This document shows, piece by piece, positions 16,193 through 20,000 of a DNA stretch of 20,000 nucleotides. The DNA lies in IMG/VR virus record IMGVR_UViG_3300022841_000001. One strand, given 5' to 3'. The position numbers and the translations under genes were made by a program. Source of the DNA: an uncultured virus (IMG/VR IMGVR_UViG_3300022841_000001). Lineage: Duplodnaviria > Heunggongvirae > Uroviricota > Caudoviricetes > Crassvirales. The notes beneath the pieces were generated by a model, which worked only from the letters and a program-made list of their open reading frames with translations, was not told the origin of the DNA and did not search any database. Numbering within the stretch: the stretch's first letter is position 1; the number at the start of each line of letters is the position of its first letter.

Positions 16193-19100
16193 ATGAACGA
16201 AGAAGCTTTTGAATATGCTTACAGTCTTTTTACTCAAGATGGATATACAGGAACAATAGATGATTACAGGTCTTTAGTATCTAGCGATACTGATGCTGTA
16301 TCTCATTCTTATGAGTTATTTAAAAAAGATAAATACTCAGGTTCAAGAGAGGATTTTGAGCAATTGTTAAAACCTGAAAAAAAAAATCAAGTCGACACCG
16401 TGGAGGAAACTTCAGATGGGGTGGAGGAAGTTACGGAATCGTTACAAAAAAATGGATCTTCGGATTCTTTAGGTCAAGAAGATAATGTACCTAAAATAAA
16501 AGTAGAGCAAGATGTAATTACTGATAGTTCTATAAATGGTATTGATGTAGAAAAACAAGACTTTGATAAATTTGTAAGTGATGAAGAGGAGATAAAGAAA
16601 CAAACTGAAGACCCATTTTCTTATTCTATGAATATTGTAGATGAGGCTTTAATAAATGGTAGCGAGGAGAATGCTGTTCCTTTAATGAATTATCACTTTA
16701 ATCAATATGGTTTTAAATTTAAAGAGTCAGATATACTTGGTGATGGTATGGTTGTTAGTTCAGCATCACTTGATGAGAATGGAAAAAGAAAAGAACTTAG
16801 AGTAAACCTTGACCCATTTTCTGGATTTGGAGACAAGGAAGAGAAGGAAGCATTACAGAATTTTTTAAACGAGAACAAAGAAAACAGCAGGAAACTTCAG
16901 TCTGCTGAGAAAGGATACGCTAATTTAGAAAGAAAAATTACTGACCAAAAAGGAATAGACTCCTCATTAAATTCACTTAATACCAAAGCAAATGTTTTTC
17001 GGCAAGAAGTGCAAGGATGGTTAAAAGGTAACGCTGAGTTAAAAAAAAGAACAGAGTTTTTCGATGGATTATCTCAAGACGAAATAAATGACCCTAAAAT
17101 AAGAGATGCTTTTAACTTATACATATCAGATACCAATAAGTCAGAAGCATTAAAGAAAAAAATATTAGCTACTGAATCTGAATTAAGGGATTCGGGTAGA
17201 GCTTTAGACCAAACAATGGGGCGTTATTCTGAGATGAAATCTGCTTCAGGAAACATGTCATCAGCTTCTTTGAATGCTATATGGTCTGGAATTGGAAGGA
17301 TGGGTTCAAGTGCAATGAATTATGTCACTGACTTTATTGTAAACACAGGAGAGTTTGGAGGCGCAAGTCCTATAGGTTACAAGAAATTGTATATGGATAC
17401 AGCGAAGAAAATGTTTGCGACAAAGAAATCTGACGATATACACGACTTAGAAACTCCTAACGAAAACAACGAAACAAGTAAAGGTAAGTGGAATAGTTAT
17501 CTTGAAAATTTAACTGACGAGCAAAAAGACAAAGTAAGCGCTAAGACTAAAGATATTTTAGCAAAGGATAGAAAGTTTGACATCTACGACTTTAATGAAG
17601 ATGGAGGTGCTGATTTAAAAGAGATTCCATCAGGAAGTAGATACTCTGATTACGCTAGAAAACAAAATGTAAAAAATCTTAGTAAGGACTCAATGGTAGA
17701 GCTTGCTAGAACGGCTCCTGTAAAATCATTTGGTGATGACGATGCCAGTGTAGAGTACAGCGACTTAGTGAAAGAAGGTTTTTGGGGAGGAGCGTACCTT
17801 GGATTAATGGAATCGTTACCAGCTATGGCAGGCCCTTCGGGAAAAGCAGGTTTAGTAATGAGGACAGCTTCTATGTTTGGTCAAGTTTCTGACCACGTAA
17901 ACGAAGAGATGTTTAAGAATCCTGAATTTGCAGATATTTCTGAGAACGAAAAACTAACTGTTGCTATTCCTTTAGGTATAACTGTAGGTGTTCTTGAGAC
18001 TATTGGTTTTAGGAATGTAGTGCAACAAAAAGGACTTATCAATAAGGTTTTATTAAAAGCTATAGGAAAGTATACTGGAGCAAAACAAGTGTCTAAGAGA
18101 GGGTTTACGGACGTTGTTCGTCAAGAGGTTGACGGAATGTTAGCTCGTGGTGTCCTTACCTTGGCTGCTGGTGGTGTTGCTGAATTTGAAACAGGTGCTG
18201 CACAAGAGATTGCGGATATTGGTATAAAAGCTATATACAATGGTGCTAAAGAGAAGGATATGTTTCAGACTCCTGAAAGTATCAAGGATGGAATAAACCA
18301 AGTTCTTAAAGCAGGTGCGCAAGAGATGGTTGGTGGCTGGATAATGAGTACTCCTGGAGCAATGATAAACGCTGCTACTTCTAAGGATTTTACTCGTTTA
18401 GATAATGGTGTGTTCGAGGTTTTTGAGGATATGATAGATGATGGTACTTCTACCAAGTTGATAAACATAAAATTAAAAGAGCAAATAAACGCAGGTGTAA
18501 TTACTGCCAGTGAAGCAAAAGAGCAAGAAGCTATTTTTAATAAGTTAAAAGGAGTCTACACTCAGATTCCTAGTGACTATTCTACAGATCAAAAAAAGAA
18601 AGCTTTAGGTCTATTGTTGAATAGACAAGGTTTAGAGCAATCTATAGAAGGTAAAGATGATGCTACGGTTAAGCCAGTAAAAAGAAAAATTGATGAGATA
18701 AACGATTTACTTGAGGAAATAAGTAATAATGCTTACGAATCTAATGAGGCAACTACTGTAGGTCGTGTTGAGGAGGACGAGATTATTGATGAAGAAATTA
18801 AATTAGAAACACCAAACCCAGAAAAAGATGGAATACAAGAGCAAGGCACAGATGGAGTGGATGCAAAAGAACCTACCGGAAGTAGCGAGGAGATCGAACC
18901 AGGAACCACAGATGACAGAACTACCGGAAAGAGTGATACCGAAATCGAAAACGAAAGCAGGGAAAAGGCCGAGAAGGAAATAGAAGTACTAGAGTTTAAG
19001 GAGAAAGATTTACAAGTAAAGTTAAAAGAAATAGCACAGAACGGAACTTCTCCTGAGACTGAAAACGGTCAATTATTTGATAAGGTTTCAGATGAATTGA

Positions 19101-20000
19101 TTGAAGTAATTTCTGAAATTAAAAAAGCAAAAGATAATTTATTAAATCAAAAAGAAAATAAGGAGGTTGCAGAAATTGAAGAGGATATAGATGTTGTTGA
19201 AATTAAACCTACAAAAAAACTTAAGAACGATTTTAAAAACAATAAGCTTAGCTATTTTGACAGAGTCGGAATGCTTTTTGCTATTGCAATAAAAAAGAAG
19301 AACAAGAAAAAGTTAACTAGTTTTGAGGATACACTTTTCTCTAGCTCAGATTCTGCTTTAGTTAATGATATTCTTATTGAGGTAGATGAACGTGCAAGTT
19401 CTCAGTCACAAAGAAGACCATATGTAAAACCTGATTTTGATGTATTAGGAAAGAATCAAGAGGAACAAGACCAGCAAGAGGCAGAGGATTTTGATGCGTT
19501 ATTAAATCCTGATTCAAAAGTAGAGTCAGACATTGATAATCTTCCTACAGCAGAGCTTGAGTTAATGAATGGTGAGACTGTTAAAATCAATCAAGAATCC
19601 AAGAACCTCGTCTTTACAAAGAAAGGAAAGGATGCTTCTACAGGTACAGATCTTACTACTAAGATTTTAAAGCAGGCGCAACAAGCAGCCAAAGCTATTG
19701 CAAAAATATTTCCAAGTATCACAATAATGGTGCATAGGGATAGTGAAATATATGACACTCTAGACCCTGATAAAAATTCTAGAGGACTATATGACCCTGC
19801 AACAAACACTGTTCACATAAATTTAACCAATGGTAAGGCAGACTCAAAAACTGTTGCTCACGAGGTGTTTCATGCAGTGTTGCTTAACAAGTTAAAAATG
19901 AACAATAAGGCAGCAATTGCTGCTACTAAGAAAATGGTTCAAGCCTTGTCTAGGTCAAAAACTTTAGACAAGAATACTAGAATAGCTTTAAAGAATTTTG
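16193..20000 (+). CDS. Giant internal virion/ejection (polyvalent) protein with zincin metallopeptidase motif, >1269 aa, 3'-truncated
   Basis: Manually translated. ATG at 16193 (MNEEAFEYAYSLF...) stays open to the window end and is absent from the ORF track because no stop is reached. Has Gly-rich hydrophobic segments (~17777-18380) and RGLYDP...VHINL...TVAHEVFH (HExxH at 19859-19873). Confidence 0.85.
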   Translation, partial: MNEEAFEYAYSLFTQDGYTGTIDDYRSLVSSDTDAVSHSYELFKKDKYSGSREDFEQLLKPEKKNQVDTVEETSDGVEEVTESLQKNGSSDSLGQEDNVPKIKVEQDVITDSSINGIDVEKQDFDKFVSDEEEIKKQTEDPFSYSMNIVDEALINGSEENAVPLMNYHFNQYGFKFKESDILGDGMVVSSASLDENGKRKELRVNLDPFSGFGDKEEKEALQNFLNENKENSRKLQSAEKGYANLERKITDQKGIDSSLNSLNTKANVFRQEVQGWLKGNAELKKRTEFFDGLSQDEINDPKIRDAFNLYISDTNKSEALKKKILATESELRDSGRALDQTMGRYSEMKSASGNMSSASLNAIWSGIGRMGSSAMNYVTDFIVNTGEFGGASPIGYKKLYMDTAKKMFATKKSDDIHDLETPNENNETSKGKWNSYLENLTDEQKDKVSAKTKDILAKDRKFDIYDFNEDGGADLKEIPSGSRYSDYARKQNVKNLSKDSMVELARTAPVKSFGDDDASVEYSDLVKEGFWGGAYLGLMESLPAMAGPSGKAGLVMRTASMFGQVSDHVNEEMFKNPEFADISENEKLTVAIPLGITVGVLETIGFRNVVQQKGLINKVLLKAIGKYTGAKQVSKRGFTDVVRQEVDGMLARGVLTLAAGGVAEFETGAAQEIADIGIKAIYNGAKEKDMFQTPESIKDGINQVLKAGAQEMVGGWIMSTPGAMINAATSKDFTRLDNGVFEVFEDMIDDGTSTKLINIKLKEQINAGVITASEAKEQEAIFNKLKGVYTQIPSDYSTDQKKKALGLLLNRQGLEQSIEGKDDATVKPVKRKIDEINDLLEEISNNAYESNEATTVGRVEEDEIIDEEIKLETPNPEKDGIQEQGTDGVDAKEPTGSSEEIEPGTTDDRTTGKSDTEIENESREKAEKEIEVLEFKEKDLQVKLKEIAQNGTSPETENGQLFDKVSDELIEVISEIKKAKDNLLNQKENKEVAEIEEDIDVVEIKPTKKLKNDFKNNKLSYFDRVGMLFAIAIKKKNKKKLTSFEDTLFSSSDSALVNDILIEVDERASSQSQRRPYVKPDFDVLGKNQEEQDQQEAEDFDALLNPDSKVESDIDNLPTAELELMNGETVKINQESKNLVFTKKGKDASTGTDLTTKILKQAQQAAKAIAKIFPSITIMVHRDSEIYDTLDPDKNSRGLYDPATNTVHINLTNGKADSKTVAHEVFHAVLLNKLKMNNKAAIAATKKMVQALSRSKTLDKNTRIALKNF
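16377..16485 (+). other. Candidate programmed -1 frameshift/transcriptional slippage site and trans-frame ORF
   Basis: A10 run (16377-16386) and hairpin (16396-16423). The -1 frame opens right after TGA 16375-16377 and reads KKKSSRHRGGNFRWGGGSYGIVTKKWIFGFFRSRR* to TAA 16483-16485. Confidence 0.5.
18828..18983 (+). CDS. Nested +1-frame small basic protein (51 aa) inside the giant gene
   Basis: MEYKSKAQMEWMQKNLPEVARRSNQEPQMTELPERVIPKSKTKAGKRPRRK*. A-rich upstream region with A at -3. Host-frame codon usage is locally atypical. Resembles the small phage 'MPFKSKAQ..WM..N.PE.A' family. Confidence 0.6.
   Translation: MEYKSKAQMEWMQKNLPEVARRSNQEPQMTELPERVIPKSKTKAGKRPRRK

Noticed and set aside
17041..17091. 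A8 run as a second frameshift site in the giant gene
   Set aside because: The run is shorter, no downstream hairpin was noticed, the -1 frame closes after about 15 codons, and local codon usage is normal.
369..19809. Short minus-strand ORFs in the ORF track (60-100 aa) and the + strand 63-aa ORF at 6305-6496
   Set aside because: All lie within long, well-supported + strand genes and look like antisense or off-frame shadows, with no separate expression signals or motifs noticed.
1..20000. Stop-codon reassignment (TAG/TGA) as in some crAss-like phages
   Set aside because: The standard code gives long uninterrupted ORFs tiling the window. The one main-gene TAG (12843-12845) falls at a natural gene end before a promoter.
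1..20000. CRISPR arrays, tRNA/rRNA genes, IS elements, introns/inteins, DGR repeats
   Set aside because: Intergenic gaps are all under 80 bp. By eye I found no spaced direct repeats, cloverleafs, transposase/RT/homing-nuclease motifs or near-identical DNA repeat pairs.

Overview
All-plus-strand, AT-rich, densely coding virion morphogenesis module of a tailed dsDNA podophage that very probably infects a Bacteroidota (Flavobacteria-like) host. Host evidence: TAnnTTTG promoters, A-rich starts with no Shine-Dalgarno, and a gene order like that of Cellulophaga phi38:1-like and crAss-like phages. Order: portal C-terminus, scaffold-like protein, major capsid protein, terminator, conserved 250-aa protein, terminator plus promoter, two tail ring/adaptor proteins, a tail nozzle (muzzle) gene that appears split around Cys-rich modules, a GNAT-fold protein, two ejection-protein-like genes, and a giant (>1269 aa) ORF with an HExxH zincin motif that runs off the window and is missing from the ORF track. 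The most striking result is two hidden overlapping coding regions in acidic linkers of the giant gene. One is a -1 frame entered at an A10 slippery run followed by a hairpin (16377-16485), giving a ~97-aa product with a basic/aromatic tail. The other is a fully nested +1-frame 51-aa basic protein (18828-18983). Product names rest on synteny and remembered motifs, not on database searches.
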